From contig CAVYNY010000022.1 in assembly GCA_963769935.1 (NCBI GenBank), positions 416,001-480,000 on the forward strand: 64,000 bases of DNA. Direction: 5' to 3'. The position numbers and the translations under genes are program-made. The notes below the pieces were generated by a model. That model was not told the DNA's origin and made no database searches. It was given only the letters and a program-made list of their open reading frames with translations. Origin of the DNA: an uncultured delta proteobacterium. Its GTDB lineage: Bacteria; Desulfobacterota; Desulfobacteria; Desulfobacterales; JAFDCJ01. Shown here in pieces: positions 20,518 to 30,455 of the stretch. Position 1 is the stretch's first letter. Each line of letters begins with the position of its first letter.

Positions 20518-20847
20518 ATGATGGAAAAAAAAAGAAAAAATATCGCAAAAGAAATGACGATTACCGGATTTGTGGAAGAATTCGACAGCATTGAAGACGG
20601 GATGGGTATATTGATTTCCGGCGATGACGACGAGAATTATGTTGTTGAGCCCACCAAAAACGGCAAGAAGCTTGCTTCATTTCTCGATGAAAAAGTCAAA
20701 GTTACGGGGCTGGTTACCAAGGACAGAGACGGCCTTAAATACATCAACGTGAGCAGTTTTGATGTGTTTGAAGACACTGAGGACTACTACGATCGCGACG
20801 AAGATGACAGTTTCTACGATGACAAGGATCTAAAATTTGATGACTGA
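20518..20847 (+). CDS. Hypothetical small beta-rich protein with a very acidic tail
   Basis: GAGAGG RBS; ITGFVE...YVVE...VKVTGLV...INVSSF followed by an Asp/Glu-rich C-terminus. Confidence 0.75.
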   Translation: MMEKKRKNIAKEMTITGFVEEFDSIEDGMGILISGDDDENYVVEPTKNGKKLASFLDEKVKVTGLVTKDRDGLKYINVSSFDVFEDTEDYYDRDEDDSFYDDKDLKFDD

Positions 20848-20896
20848 TTAAATTCCTGCCGTTAACGGCGGGCAGCGGGGTTGTCAAACCAACCAT

Positions 20897-20937
20897 GGCA
20901 GAAGGCAGCGTCTTGGCATGCGCTGCCTTTTGTTTTA
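20897..20937. terminator. Probable intrinsic terminator between convergent genes
   Basis: agaaggcagcg...cgctgcctttt followed by gtttt. Confidence 0.55.
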
Positions 20938-20945
20938 TGCATACC

Positions 20946-21626
20946 CTAACTAAAATGTCCCACGGCATCCAGGCTTTCATAATTTATGTCATACAGGGAA
21001 TCGATAATCTGGTTTTGAAAAAAGTCGTCGGTCATTGATTTGCCTTCATAGAGCAGGTCCACGATACTGGCCGTCGGTATTTTTTCAAAGCAGTCCTGAC
21101 AGGTGAAAAATCCTTCAAATACGAAAAGCTGGCCGCCGGCTGAATAGGACTTTTTAAGGTTGTCGCGCGTCGCCGTGTGAGCGCAGGTGATCCAGGTCTT
21201 GGGGGCGGCCTCAAAATGACTGCGCCCCTCGGACAGTTTGATAAAGTTATAATTACTGTCGATTAAGGGATAGATAAAATCTTCTTGAAAGGATTTGTCC
21301 GTCATCGGGCGGCTGGATCCAATTGATTCCGACAAATCCTCTTTGGACAGGATCTTATCAAGACAGCTTTCGCAAAAGCATTTTCCCAATACAATTGTTA
21401 TCAGCCCTGAAGACAGATAATAGCGATAGACCAGCTCCGGTTCAGATAAATGCGGGCAAACCAGCCAGGTGTACTCATGCGAATCCTTGCGTGCAGCATC
21501 TATTGTGGGAGAAAAAATAAAGTCTTGGACAAAATTTGGTGTCCCGGTTGCTATTGCTCCGCTATTCCACTCCGGTTTATCAATAATGAAAAAAGACCTT
21601 TCATTCTTGTCTAAGTTGGCACCCAT
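20946..21626 (-). CDS. Hypothetical protein with two tandem CxH...CxxC domains
   Basis: ATG at 21626 after GGAGGG; internal duplication TWLVCPH...CESC...MTDKSFQ versus TWITCAH...CQDC...MTDDFFQ. Confidence 0.75.
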   Translation of the reverse strand: MGANLDKNERSFFIIDKPEWNSGAIATGTPNFVQDFIFSPTIDAARKDSHEYTWLVCPHLSEPELVYRYYLSSGLITIVLGKCFCESCLDKILSKEDLSESIGSSRPMTDKSFQEDFIYPLIDSNYNFIKLSEGRSHFEAAPKTWITCAHTATRDNLKKSYSAGGQLFVFEGFFTCQDCFEKIPTASIVDLLYEGKSMTDDFFQNQIIDSLYDINYESLDAVGHFS

Positions 21627-21885
21627 AAAATTCCCTCCATTAATGTTCCGAATAAAAAACGATGCAACCTCCAAGTCGTAAAGCAAGATCAGTACCAACT
21701 TTCATTCTAGTAAAAATTAAATTAAATTACAGATAGTTGACTCCACATTTGTTCGAACTGTCTTGGGATGGGCGCCAATATTTTGAATAGCATTGTCAAA
21801 TAGATACCTAAATCTTATTTATTTTGACAAGCGGTAAGCTTTATTTTAAAGATGGGTGACATTGCAGGTCGGGAGGAATTGAAAG

Positions 21886-22887
21886 ATGAAAAAATTGCTT
21901 AACCAAGCCCAAGACGTGGTGAAGGAATCCCTGGCCGGCTTTGCGGCGGCCTACGGCGACCTGGTCAGGGTTCATTTCGCTCCGAATTACATCGTGCGGG
22001 CGGATGCGCCGCTAAAAGGCAAGGTCGGGATTGTCTCCGGGGGCGGCAGCGGGCACGAGCCGATGCACGGCGGCTACGTCGGAAAAGGAATGCTGGATGC
22101 CGCCTGTCCGGGGGAGGTATTTACCTCGCCGACCCCGGATCAAATGGAAGCGGCCACCAAAGCCGTTGATGGCGGGGCCGGTGTGCTGCACATCGTAAAA
22201 AACTACACCGGAGATGTCATGAATTTTGAGATGGCCGCTGAATTGTGCCAGGCCGAAGGCATCCAGGTGGAAAGTGTCGTCATCAACGATGATGTTGCCG
22301 TACAGGACAGCCTTTATACTGCCGGACGACGCGGGGTCGGTACCACGGTGCTGGCAGAAAAAATATGCGGTGCGGCAGCTGAAAAAGGACTTGATTTAAA
22401 AACCGTTGCCGGCCTGTGCCGCAGGGTCAATGACAACGGCCGTTCGATGGGCATGGCCCTGACTTCCTGCACCGTGCCCTTGGCGGGCAGGCCGACTTTC
22501 AAGATTGATGACGGGCAGATGGAGATCGGAATCGGCATCCATGGGGAGCCGGGCCGGGAAAGAGTACCCCTGGCAGGTGCGCGGGAGATCATTGAGACCC
22601 TGGCCGGTGCGATAATTGCCGACCTGCCTTTTAAAAGCGGTGATGCGGTCATTGCCATGGTAAACGGAATGGGCGCAACACCATTAATGGAACTCTATCT
22701 GGCCTACAATGAGCTTGCCGGCATTTGCCGGCGGAATAAAATTTCAATTGTCCGACGGCTGGTGGGAAATTTTATCACCTCGCTGGAAATGGCCGGCTGT
22801 TCAATTACCCTTCTCAAAGTCGATGATGAAATACTTAAACTTTGGGATGAACCGGTTCTCACGCCGGGGCTGCGCTGGGGGATTTGA
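21886..22887 (+). CDS. dhaK: Dihydroxyacetone kinase subunit K
   Basis: [51 protein letters not shown]. Confidence 0.97.
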   Translation: MKKLLNQAQDVVKESLAGFAAAYGDLVRVHFAPNYIVRADAPLKGKVGIVSGGGSGHEPMHGGYVGKGMLDAACPGEVFTSPTPDQMEAATKAVDGGAGVLHIVKNYTGDVMNFEMAAELCQAEGIQVESVVINDDVAVQDSLYTAGRRGVGTTVLAEKICGAAAEKGLDLKTVAGLCRRVNDNGRSMGMALTSCTVPLAGRPTFKIDDGQMEIGIGIHGEPGRERVPLAGAREIIETLAGAIIADLPFKSGDAVIAMVNGMGATPLMELYLAYNELAGICRRNKISIVRRLVGNFITSLEMAGCSITLLKVDDEILKLWDEPVLTPGLRWGI

Positions 22888-22891
22888 TGCG

Positions 22892-23521
22892 ATGATCAAG
22901 CGTGCCGATGTGCTGGCCTGGATTAACGAACTGCACAACGTATTTATCCAAAACAGGGCATATCTGACCGATCTGGATGCAGCCATCGGAGACGCCGATC
23001 ACGGCATCAATCTGGAACGCGGGTTCAATGCCGTCGCTGCGGAACTGGAGCAAAACGATCCGCCGGACGTCGCCGGCATCCTGAAGACGGTAGCCATGAC
23101 ATTGATCAAGACAGTGGGCGGTGCCTCCGGGCCGCTCTACGGCACATTTTTTTTACGGGCGGCCGCCGTGTGTGCGGGCAAGGACGACCTGGCCGCGGCT
23201 GACATCATCGCCCTTTTCAGCGCAGGGCTTGAGGGTGTTGTGCAAAGAGGCAAAACCGGGTTAAACGACAAGACCATGGTGGATGCGTTGACACCGGCCA
23301 TAGCAGCGATGAAAACGGCTTGCGACGCAGGGGCCGATTTAAACGAGATTCTGCATCAGGGGGCGGCTGCGGCCCGCTCCGGAATGCAGCGTACCATTGA
23401 GCTGCAGGCCCGCAAGGGACGTGCCAGTTACCTGGGTGTTCGCAGCATCGGGCATCAGGATCCCGGCGCCACTTCAACTTTTCTGCTGCTGAAGGCCGCC
23501 GCTGATATCTGGGGCACGTAG
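22892..23521 (+). CDS. dhaL: Dihydroxyacetone kinase subunit L (ADP-binding)
   Basis: LDAAIGDADHG, VGGASGPLYG, DKTMVD, KGRASYLG.RSIGHQDPGATS. Confidence 0.96.
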   Translation: MIKRADVLAWINELHNVFIQNRAYLTDLDAAIGDADHGINLERGFNAVAAELEQNDPPDVAGILKTVAMTLIKTVGGASGPLYGTFFLRAAAVCAGKDDLAAADIIALFSAGLEGVVQRGKTGLNDKTMVDALTPAIAAMKTACDAGADLNEILHQGAAAARSGMQRTIELQARKGRASYLGVRSIGHQDPGATSTFLLLKAAADIWGT

Positions 23522-23589
23522 CAGGGTTCCGTCATTTAAGGAGATAAATGACTAATTTTGCGAAAATTACCCGCTTAACAATAATCATG

Positions 23590-23806
23590 AAAATTCCAAG
23601 CTCCAAATACCAAATCTCAAACAAATCCCAATGACCCAAATTCAAATATCGAAACAAAGGATCCTTCTGCCATCGTGCCAAACGGCATCATCACCGGCTC
23701 GCCAGATTTTACGTCTTGGCGCGCTGCAATGTTGGCGAATGTTTTGGTCATTGAATATTGAGATTTGAGATTTATTTGTAATTTGGCGTTTGAGATTTGA
23801 GATTTT
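23590..23806. repeat. Inverted-arm element with 7-bp tandem repeats (CAAAT.. / ..ATTTG), inside the dha operon
   Basis: Left arm aaattccaagctccaaataccaaatctcaaacaaatcccaatgacc; right arm ggtcattgaatattgagatttgagatttatttgtaatttggcgtttgagatttgagatttt. Sister copy at 63772-63929. Confidence 0.8.
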
Positions 23807-23889
23807 ATTGTATTGTAAAACTTTACAAATGCAGCTGGTTTAGAATTTACTTTGACGTTACCCTGGGGAACGTAGGAGTAGTCTTCGCC

Positions 23890-26424
23890 ATGGTTGGATT
23901 GGTCATTGTCTCCCACAGCAACGCCTTATCTCAGGCGCTGGTCGGCCTGGTACGCCAGGTAGCCACCGGGCATCTGCCGCTATGCGGGGTGGGCGGAGTC
24001 GGGGTTGATAGACAGGCGTTCGGCACCGATGCCGTCAATATTGTCGAAGCGATCGAATCGGTGTTCAGCCCGGACGGCGTTGTGGTGCTGGTGGATCTCG
24101 GCAGTGCGATCTTAAGCGCTGAAACGGCGCTGGAATTGCTGCCTGAGGAGATGCGGCCCCATATCCGGATTTGCGGAGCGCCCATTGTCGAGGGTGCTGT
24201 CGCGGCCGGGGTTCAAATCAGCCTGGGCGGCAGCCTGGAGGCTGTTTGTCATGAGGCCGGCCGGGCGCTTGTTCCCAAGATCAATCAAATGTCCGGATCC
24301 GATGAAATATTCGTCGCGCCCGGGGCGCGAGATCCAGCCCAGCCATTGCCGGAGGATTGGCAAACAATCCAATTAACCGTTAACACTCCCCACGGTTTGC
24401 ATGCCCGGCCGGCGGCCCGTTTTGTCCAGACGGCTGCGGTTTTCGATGCCCAAATTCGGATTAAGAAGCTGGAATCCTCTGCGGAACCGGTGCCGGCTGC
24501 AAGCTTCAACAGCATTGCCACCCTGGGCATCAACCGGGGAGACCGGATTGTTGTTTTTGCCAGGGGAAGGCAGGCCCCAGAAGCCCTGGCCGCCATCAAA
24601 ACGCTGGTGGACGATCAACTGCCGAAGTTGACTGAAGAATTCATCCCGGTGCCGTCCGCCGGCGCCGCCGCACCGCAAGGCCGGGAGGCTATCGCAGCAG
24701 TTGCCGTTTCCGCTGGCATTGCTGCCGGCCCGCTGTTTCATTATCGGCTTTATTTGCCGCCGATTTCCCGCCATTCAACGAAAAATTGCCTGCAGGAATG
24801 GAAGCATTTGCTGCAGGCACGGGATCAGGCGAGCCGGTCAATCCTGAATCGCCGCCATTCAGTGGAGTCCAGGCTTGGCGAAGCCCAAGCGGCTATATTC
24901 GATGCCCATCTTTTGATTATCCAAGACCCCCAGCTTTTGGATGCAGCACGCAGCCGCATTTTTGAAAAAAAGCAGAACGCCGCGCTGGCCTGGCAGGAAA
25001 GCGTGCAGGAAATTGCCGCGAACTATCGTGCGCTGGACGATGCGTATCTCAGGCAGCGGGCGGCTGATGTCATTGACGCCGGCAACCAGGTTTTATTGAA
25101 TTTTCTCGGTCAACCCGCCCCAAAGGTGGTCGACCTGCCGCAGCCGGTGATTCTGGTGGCCGAGGAACTCACTCCTACGGATACGGCCGCGCTGGATACC
25201 CGGAAGGTGCTTGGCATCGCAACTGTTGCCGGCGGGCCGACTTCGCACGCCGCTATTTTGGCCCGAGCTCTTGGAATCCCGGCCATTGCCGGGGTGGATC
25301 CCTCCATTTTAGGCCTGCCGGATGACACTTCCCTGGTGTTGGACGGCTTCAGCGGCCGGCTGTGGATTCAGCCCGGGCAAAAGGTTGCCGAGGATCTCAA
25401 AAAACGCCGAACGCGCTGGCTGCAGAAACGCCGCCAACTTCTTAAAATCGGCCGTCAACCGGCTGAAACCGATGACGGCCGCCGGTTTACCATTACCGCC
25501 AACCTGGGCAATTTTTTTGAAGCCCAATCTGCCCTCGAAAACGGAGCGGAGGGCGTGGGACTGCTGCGGACCGAATTTCTCTATCTGACGCGCAGCCAGC
25601 CGCCGTCGGAAGCCGAGCAGGTGGATAGTTTGCAGCAGATCGGCCGGACAATCGGACAAAAGCCGATTTGCGTGCGCACCCTGGATGTCGGGGGTGACAA
25701 ATCCATTCCTTATCTTCGCCTGCCTGCAGAAGCAAATCCCTATTTGGGACTGCGTGCCGTTCGCCTGTCGCTGCGGTATCCGGAGCTGTTCCGCGGACAG
25801 CTGCGCGCTATTTTGCAAGCCGGTGCGGACTTCGATCTGCGGGTCATGTTTCCAATGATCAGCACAACCGAGGAGGTCGATCGGGTTCTGGAAATTCTGG
25901 ATGCGGTTCATCGTGAACTGGCAGCTGAAAATTGCGTTCATCGTTGGCCGATTTTAACGGGTATCATGATTGAGACGCCGGCCGCGGCCCTGATGATTTC
26001 AGCATTTGTCAAGCGGCTGGATTTTTTCAGCATCGGTACCAACGACCTGACCCAATACTCCCTGGCGGCTGAACGCGGGAATTCGAATCTGACAGACTAT
26101 GCGGACGCACTGCACCCGGCAATTTTGCAGCAGATCAGAAAGGTGGTTGATGAAGCCCATCGTTACGGGAAGCACGTAGCGGTGTGCGGTGAGTTGGCGG
26201 CGGATTTGACGGCCGTGCCTGCCCTTGTGGGGCTGGGCGTCGATGAGCTCAGCCTGGCGCCGCATGCCATCCCTGAAGTAAAGGCGCTCATTTGTCGACT
26301 GAACTATGCCAAGACCCTTGATCTGGTAGAAAAGATGCTGACCACGGACAGCGCCCGCAGTGCGCGCAATCTGGCCGAAAAATTCTTAAAAAAACTAAGC
26401 GTCGCGCGAGATTTCGTCTGGTAG
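23890..26424 (+). CDS. dhaM: DhaM-type multidomain PTS protein (EIIA-Man-like + HPr + full-length enzyme I)
   Basis: VGLVIVSHS...DLGSA (EIIA), GLHARPAA (HPr), GGPTSHAAILAR, GLLRTEF, FSIGTNDLTQY, VAVCGE (EI). Confidence 0.92.
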   Translation: MVGLVIVSHSNALSQALVGLVRQVATGHLPLCGVGGVGVDRQAFGTDAVNIVEAIESVFSPDGVVVLVDLGSAILSAETALELLPEEMRPHIRICGAPIVEGAVAAGVQISLGGSLEAVCHEAGRALVPKINQMSGSDEIFVAPGARDPAQPLPEDWQTIQLTVNTPHGLHARPAARFVQTAAVFDAQIRIKKLESSAEPVPAASFNSIATLGINRGDRIVVFARGRQAPEALAAIKTLVDDQLPKLTEEFIPVPSAGAAAPQGREAIAAVAVSAGIAAGPLFHYRLYLPPISRHSTKNCLQEWKHLLQARDQASRSILNRRHSVESRLGEAQAAIFDAHLLIIQDPQLLDAARSRIFEKKQNAALAWQESVQEIAANYRALDDAYLRQRAADVIDAGNQVLLNFLGQPAPKVVDLPQPVILVAEELTPTDTAALDTRKVLGIATVAGGPTSHAAILARALGIPAIAGVDPSILGLPDDTSLVLDGFSGRLWIQPGQKVAEDLKKRRTRWLQKRRQLLKIGRQPAETDDGRRFTITANLGNFFEAQSALENGAEGVGLLRTEFLYLTRSQPPSEAEQVDSLQQIGRTIGQKPICVRTLDVGGDKSIPYLRLPAEANPYLGLRAVRLSLRYPELFRGQLRAILQAGADFDLRVMFPMISTTEEVDRVLEILDAVHRELAAENCVHRWPILTGIMIETPAAALMISAFVKRLDFFSIGTNDLTQYSLAAERGNSNLTDYADALHPAILQQIRKVVDEAHRYGKHVAVCGELAADLTAVPALVGLGVDELSLAPHAIPEVKALICRLNYAKTLDLVEKMLTTDSARSARNLAEKFLKKLSVARDFVW

Positions 26425-26804
26425 AAGTGGCCCTTAAGGGGCAGCAAATTTTGTAGTTTTCTATTGGAGAAGATAACTACAAATGCCGGCAAGTAAAATT
26501 AAAGATCCGGCAGAAAATTTGTAGGACTTATTTTTAATCGCCAACCCCTGTAAATCATTGGCCGTTCGGCAATCCGGGCGCTTTAGCCGCAGTTTTTAAG
26601 ATTGCCGGTGCAGTTGCCAGCACCTGCGCCGATGCTTATTGTATCTGATAATTTAGGCCCATGACAGTATAAATGATAGTTTTTCGCAGGAAGATATCCC
26701 CGGATTATAAGCAACCACTTGGCGAGAAGTATAGGTAAATAAAGACCGTGCAGCAAATCGGTCTAGGGAGTAGAAAAGTGAATGCCCGGATCAGAGAAAT
26801 TTCA

Positions 26805-28475
26805 ATGATACACAGCCTTGCATCGAAGATTGCATCGGTATCCATCGGTATTTTGATATTTGTTTTTGCATTGGTGTCCTGCAACGGCAGCGGCGGCGGA
26901 GAAGAAGCCGGTACAACAACACCGAATTTTCCGCCGGTAGTTTTTATGGCTGATAAGGATCAGGACGGAACGGTTGAACTTTACGCCTCATCTAATGACG
27001 GTGCTGAAATCATAAAACTCTCCGGAACGATGGTTGCCGGCGGCAATGTGGTGGATTTTAAGGTGTCCCTTGATGGAATTTATGTGGCCTATGTGGCGGA
27101 CCAGGAAACCAATAACGTTTTCGAGCTGTATGCGGTGCCGGTTGATAAAGCCGCCAGTGAAACAGCGGTGAAGATTTCGGGACCTATGGCCGGCAACGGC
27201 CTGAAAGAGATCGCTGCAGGGTCCGGAGAATATTTTTTCGCCTGGGCACCCGACAGCAGCCGCGTTGGGTATATCGCCGATCAGAAGACGGCAAATGTTT
27301 TTGAGCTGTTCACCTCAACCCCGGACGGCAGCGACAACGTCCAGGTCTCGGGAGCATTGGTGAGCAACGGCGACGTGCTGGATTTTCAATGGGAGCCGGC
27401 CAGCGCCCTAATCGCCTATGTGGCCGATCAGGATACGGACAATAAGCAGGAGCTTTATGTGTCGCCGGCTGACAGCGACACGCCCAACGACCCGGTATCC
27501 GGCGCAATGATGGCCGGCACCGGCATCAAGTTGATCATCTCCGAAGGCGTGTATGCCTTTTCCTGGGCGCCGGACAGCAGTCGCGTTGCCTACATTGCCG
27601 ATCAGCGTACGGCGGATGTTTTTGAACTATTCACCAACCTACCGAACGGCAGTGACAACGTCCGCGTCTCTGGGAATATGGTGAGTGGCGGCGATGTAGA
27701 TGCCTTTGCCTGGTCGCCGCAAAGCGACCGGATCGCTTACCGGGCAGATCAGAATACTGATAATGCCCTCGAACTTTACACGGCTTTTCCCGGCTCTCCC
27801 GGCTCTCAGCTCGTCACCTCAGGGATAAGTTCCGGACAAAAGGTCCAGCAATTTGCCTGGTCACCGACCATAATCAACGGGGAACAAAGAATCGCGTTTA
27901 TCGCCGACAAAGGCACTACCGGCCTTTTTCAGCTATATACGACCTCGCCGAATAACAGCCTTAACCAGCTTGTATCCAGTGTGAACCCAGGCGGTGGTAA
28001 TGTCAATGAGTTTGCCTGGGCTCCTAACGGCGAACAGCTGGCCTATCGCGGCGAAACCCGCACGGTTGGTATTGACGAACTGTTCACAACCGGTCGGGCT
28101 ACCCCCCTGATCAAAGTGCTTTCCTTTCTAATTCCAAGCGGCGGTGACGTCCTCGATTTTGCCTGGGCGCCGGACGGCTCCCGGCTTGCCTATCGGGCCG
28201 ACCAGTTGACCAACGATGTGGTTGAGCTGTTTACGAATACTCCCAACGGCGGCCAGATTACCAATGTGCGAATTTCCGGCGGTCTGGCGCCGGGCGGCGA
28301 TGTGACCGAATTTCAGTGGGCACCCGACAGCTTCGGTGTGGGCTATATCGCCGACCAGAATACCGATCAAGTATTTGAGCTTTTCGCATCGCTGCCGGCC
28401 GGCGGCGACAATACCCTTCTCTCCGGAAGTCTGGTCAACGGCGGTGATGTTTTTGCATTTGAGTGGGTTCCTTGA
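26805..28475 (+). CDS. Lipoprotein with ten PD40/TolB-like beta-propeller repeats
   Basis: Signal peptide with lipobox LVSC; ten ~50-aa repeats F.W.PD..R.AY.ADQ.T..V.ELF. Confidence 0.85.
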   Translation: MIHSLASKIASVSIGILIFVFALVSCNGSGGGEEAGTTTPNFPPVVFMADKDQDGTVELYASSNDGAEIIKLSGTMVAGGNVVDFKVSLDGIYVAYVADQETNNVFELYAVPVDKAASETAVKISGPMAGNGLKEIAAGSGEYFFAWAPDSSRVGYIADQKTANVFELFTSTPDGSDNVQVSGALVSNGDVLDFQWEPASALIAYVADQDTDNKQELYVSPADSDTPNDPVSGAMMAGTGIKLIISEGVYAFSWAPDSSRVAYIADQRTADVFELFTNLPNGSDNVRVSGNMVSGGDVDAFAWSPQSDRIAYRADQNTDNALELYTAFPGSPGSQLVTSGISSGQKVQQFAWSPTIINGEQRIAFIADKGTTGLFQLYTTSPNNSLNQLVSSVNPGGGNVNEFAWAPNGEQLAYRGETRTVGIDELFTTGRATPLIKVLSFLIPSGGDVLDFAWAPDGSRLAYRADQLTNDVVELFTNTPNGGQITNVRISGGLAPGGDVTEFQWAPDSFGVGYIADQNTDQVFELFASLPAGGDNTLLSGSLVNGGDVFAFEWVP

Positions 28476-28738
28476 AAATAGAAGCCAGGCGAAGATAAAA
28501 GGAGCACCTGGCCGCTTAAGCGGTCAAATTCAGTAACAACAAAGCAGGTGTGTTGGAAAACCAGCCTTGAGCAAGTTAGCGTAGGGCAAGCCGCAAGAGG
28601 TTATCAAAAATGATGATGCCAACCTTGTTGCTGTAAAAGTGACAATGAGTGGATTTATAAAACCGCATTTATAATAACAGGAAATTCAGTTGCCATCGTA
28701 TAATCGGAACTCATTGACTGTTGAGTCAGCCTTACCTA

Positions 28739-28808
28739 CGTAGGGTGGGCATTGCCCACCGTTAACAGCCAAGACCGGCCTTATCTGGTGGGCAATGGCC
28801 ACCCTACG
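28739..28808. repeat. GTAG-type REP inverted doublet (REPIN-like)
   Basis: cGTAGGGTGGGCATTGCCCACC ... GGTGGGCAATGGCCACCCTACg. Confidence 0.85.
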
Positions 28809-28919
28809 ATATAGAATTTTCGGAACGTCAGCATTCAATCTGCATCAATCGTCATTTACCTGTCTGATAAATCGCTGACCCGATTGCTGCGAATGGCATG
28901 ATTCATCCTATTGATAAGG

Positions 28920-29048
28920 TTCCCAACCTCTCAGCATCTCCGCTTCTTAGCTTCTCGGTTTTCCAGCCTCCCGGCTTCCCAGCTTCTCCATTTCTCAACT
29001 TCTTAGCTTCTCAGCTTCCCCACTTCTCAGCCTTTCAGCTTCCCAACC
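28920..29048. repeat. Degenerate 8-bp tandem repeat (consensus ~CTTCTCAG), about 16 units
   Basis: ttcccaac ctctcagc atctccgc ttcttagc ttctcggt tttccagc ... ttctcagc. Confidence 0.85.
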
Positions 29049-29173
29049 AACCGACCCCTATAAAAATCTCACCTATATCTTTTGCAATTTTGCTTTTTAT
29101 CTGGTAGACTATCTTTTCAAGATAGCTAAGAATATTAGGAGGTTCCCAAGCAGATAAGAAAGGCAGCGAGGCA

Positions 29174-29572
29174 ATGACAACCGGGATAGAAACCGTTTTA
29201 ATTGTGGATGACGAAGAGATCGTTATCGGAGTGGGCAAGCAAATGCTGGAAAGGCTGGGATATTCGGTCCTGACGGCTAAAAATGGAATGGAGGCTGTCG
29301 ATATCTACCGCGAAAATCAGAAAACGGTCGGCCTTGTTATTCTAGATATGATCATGCCGGGCCTGGAAGCCGGCGATACCTGTGACAAGCTCCGGGCGCT
29401 AAACCCGGCTGTTAAGGTGCTGCTTTCAAGCGGCTACAGTCTCGACGCAAAGACCAAGGGCATATTAAAGCGAGGCTGCGGCGGCTTCATTCAAAAACCG
29501 TTTAATATGAAAATACTGAAAGACAAAATCGAGGAAATAGTTGGCCGGGACCAGTTAGACACAGCGTCATAA
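29174..29572 (+). CDS. Single-domain response regulator
   Basis: VLIVDDE...ILDMIMP...LSSGY...IQKPF. Confidence 0.9.
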   Translation: MTTGIETVLIVDDEEIVIGVGKQMLERLGYSVLTAKNGMEAVDIYRENQKTVGLVILDMIMPGLEAGDTCDKLRALNPAVKVLLSSGYSLDAKTKGILKRGCGGFIQKPFNMKILKDKIEEIVGRDQLDTAS

Positions 29573-29692
29573 TTAGTTCTGCTTTCGCCTTTTTGGGGTT
29601 GATTTTTAAGCTGTCATAAAGGGTTAAATTGGCAGAATGCCGTGTAGGCGGGCCCAATGGTTGATGTCCTCATATGTAAAGTTGTCCAGGCA

Positions 29693-29986
29693 TCACTCCT
29701 TCGACCTGCCGATTTTGTGATCCCGGCGTAACGCCACCAACGTTGCACCCCATCCACCCGCCTCAGGCGGGGCATCGCAAAAAGACGCCACCAGTGGATT
29801 TTTTTCAAGTATTCCCTGAACCCGTCTTTTTTGAATGCCTTTACCCTTGCCGTGAATAATCCGCACCGCGTAAATACCGGATTTCAGGCACTCGTTAAAA
29901 TAATCCTCCAAAAGATGCGGTATATCCTGAGGCCGGAAGGTGTGCAGGTCCAGTACATCTTCAATCGGAATTTTGACCGGCTCCAT
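29693..29986 (-). CDS. Stand-alone Smr (small MutS-related) domain protein
   Basis: LDLHTF...VRIIHGKGKG...GGWGAT. Confidence 0.92.
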   Translation of the reverse strand: MEPVKIPIEDVLDLHTFRPQDIPHLLEDYFNECLKSGIYAVRIIHGKGKGIQKRRVQGILEKNPLVASFCDAPPEAGGWGATLVALRRDHKIGRSKE

Positions 29987-30121
29987 GGTTGCATGCCTTG
30001 GATCAGCGCAAGTAAAATACTTGATCGGAAGCGCTGCAATGTCTATGGTTATTCTAACATTGAAAACCTGATCCTGTGAGGCCAGGTCATAGATAATAGG
30101 CTTTGCCTTGGTTGAATGCCT

Positions 30122-30377
30122 TGGGGTACTGGAGTAATGGAATGTTGGAATACTGGATTTGGTGGAATGAGATCTGTTTTTATATGTATGGCAGTGATCT
30201 AAAAACTAAATTAGACAATCATCCGCTTTTGATCCCCAATATTCCATTTATCCATTTATCCATTATTCCATGGGTTGTCTAGCGGAAAAGGCCACCCCTC
30301 TCTCCGAGCTATCGGCTCTACGAGCCGGAAGCTGCAGTGAAGTCAAAGCCTGGCACCATGGGCCAGAGTTCTCTTTC
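30122..30377. repeat. Composite element: 8-bp inverted arms (TGGA.TA. / TATTCCAT) followed by family A tail with nested unit B
   Basis: tggggtactggagtaatggaatgttggaatactgg ... ccaatattccatttatccatttatccattattccatgggtt...[ctctccgagctatcggctctacgagccggaag]ctgcagtgaagtcaaagcctgg. Confidence 0.8.
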
Positions 30378-30455
30378 ATGCTTCAACATGCGCTTACACA
30401 ACTCCGGCGGCATTCACAAGTGTAGTCAGCCTGATTCATAAATAAGGAGCCACAA

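Noticed and set aside
28898..29107. 69-aa ORF rich in S/F/P/L
   Set aside because: It is simply the translation of the 8-bp tandem repeat.
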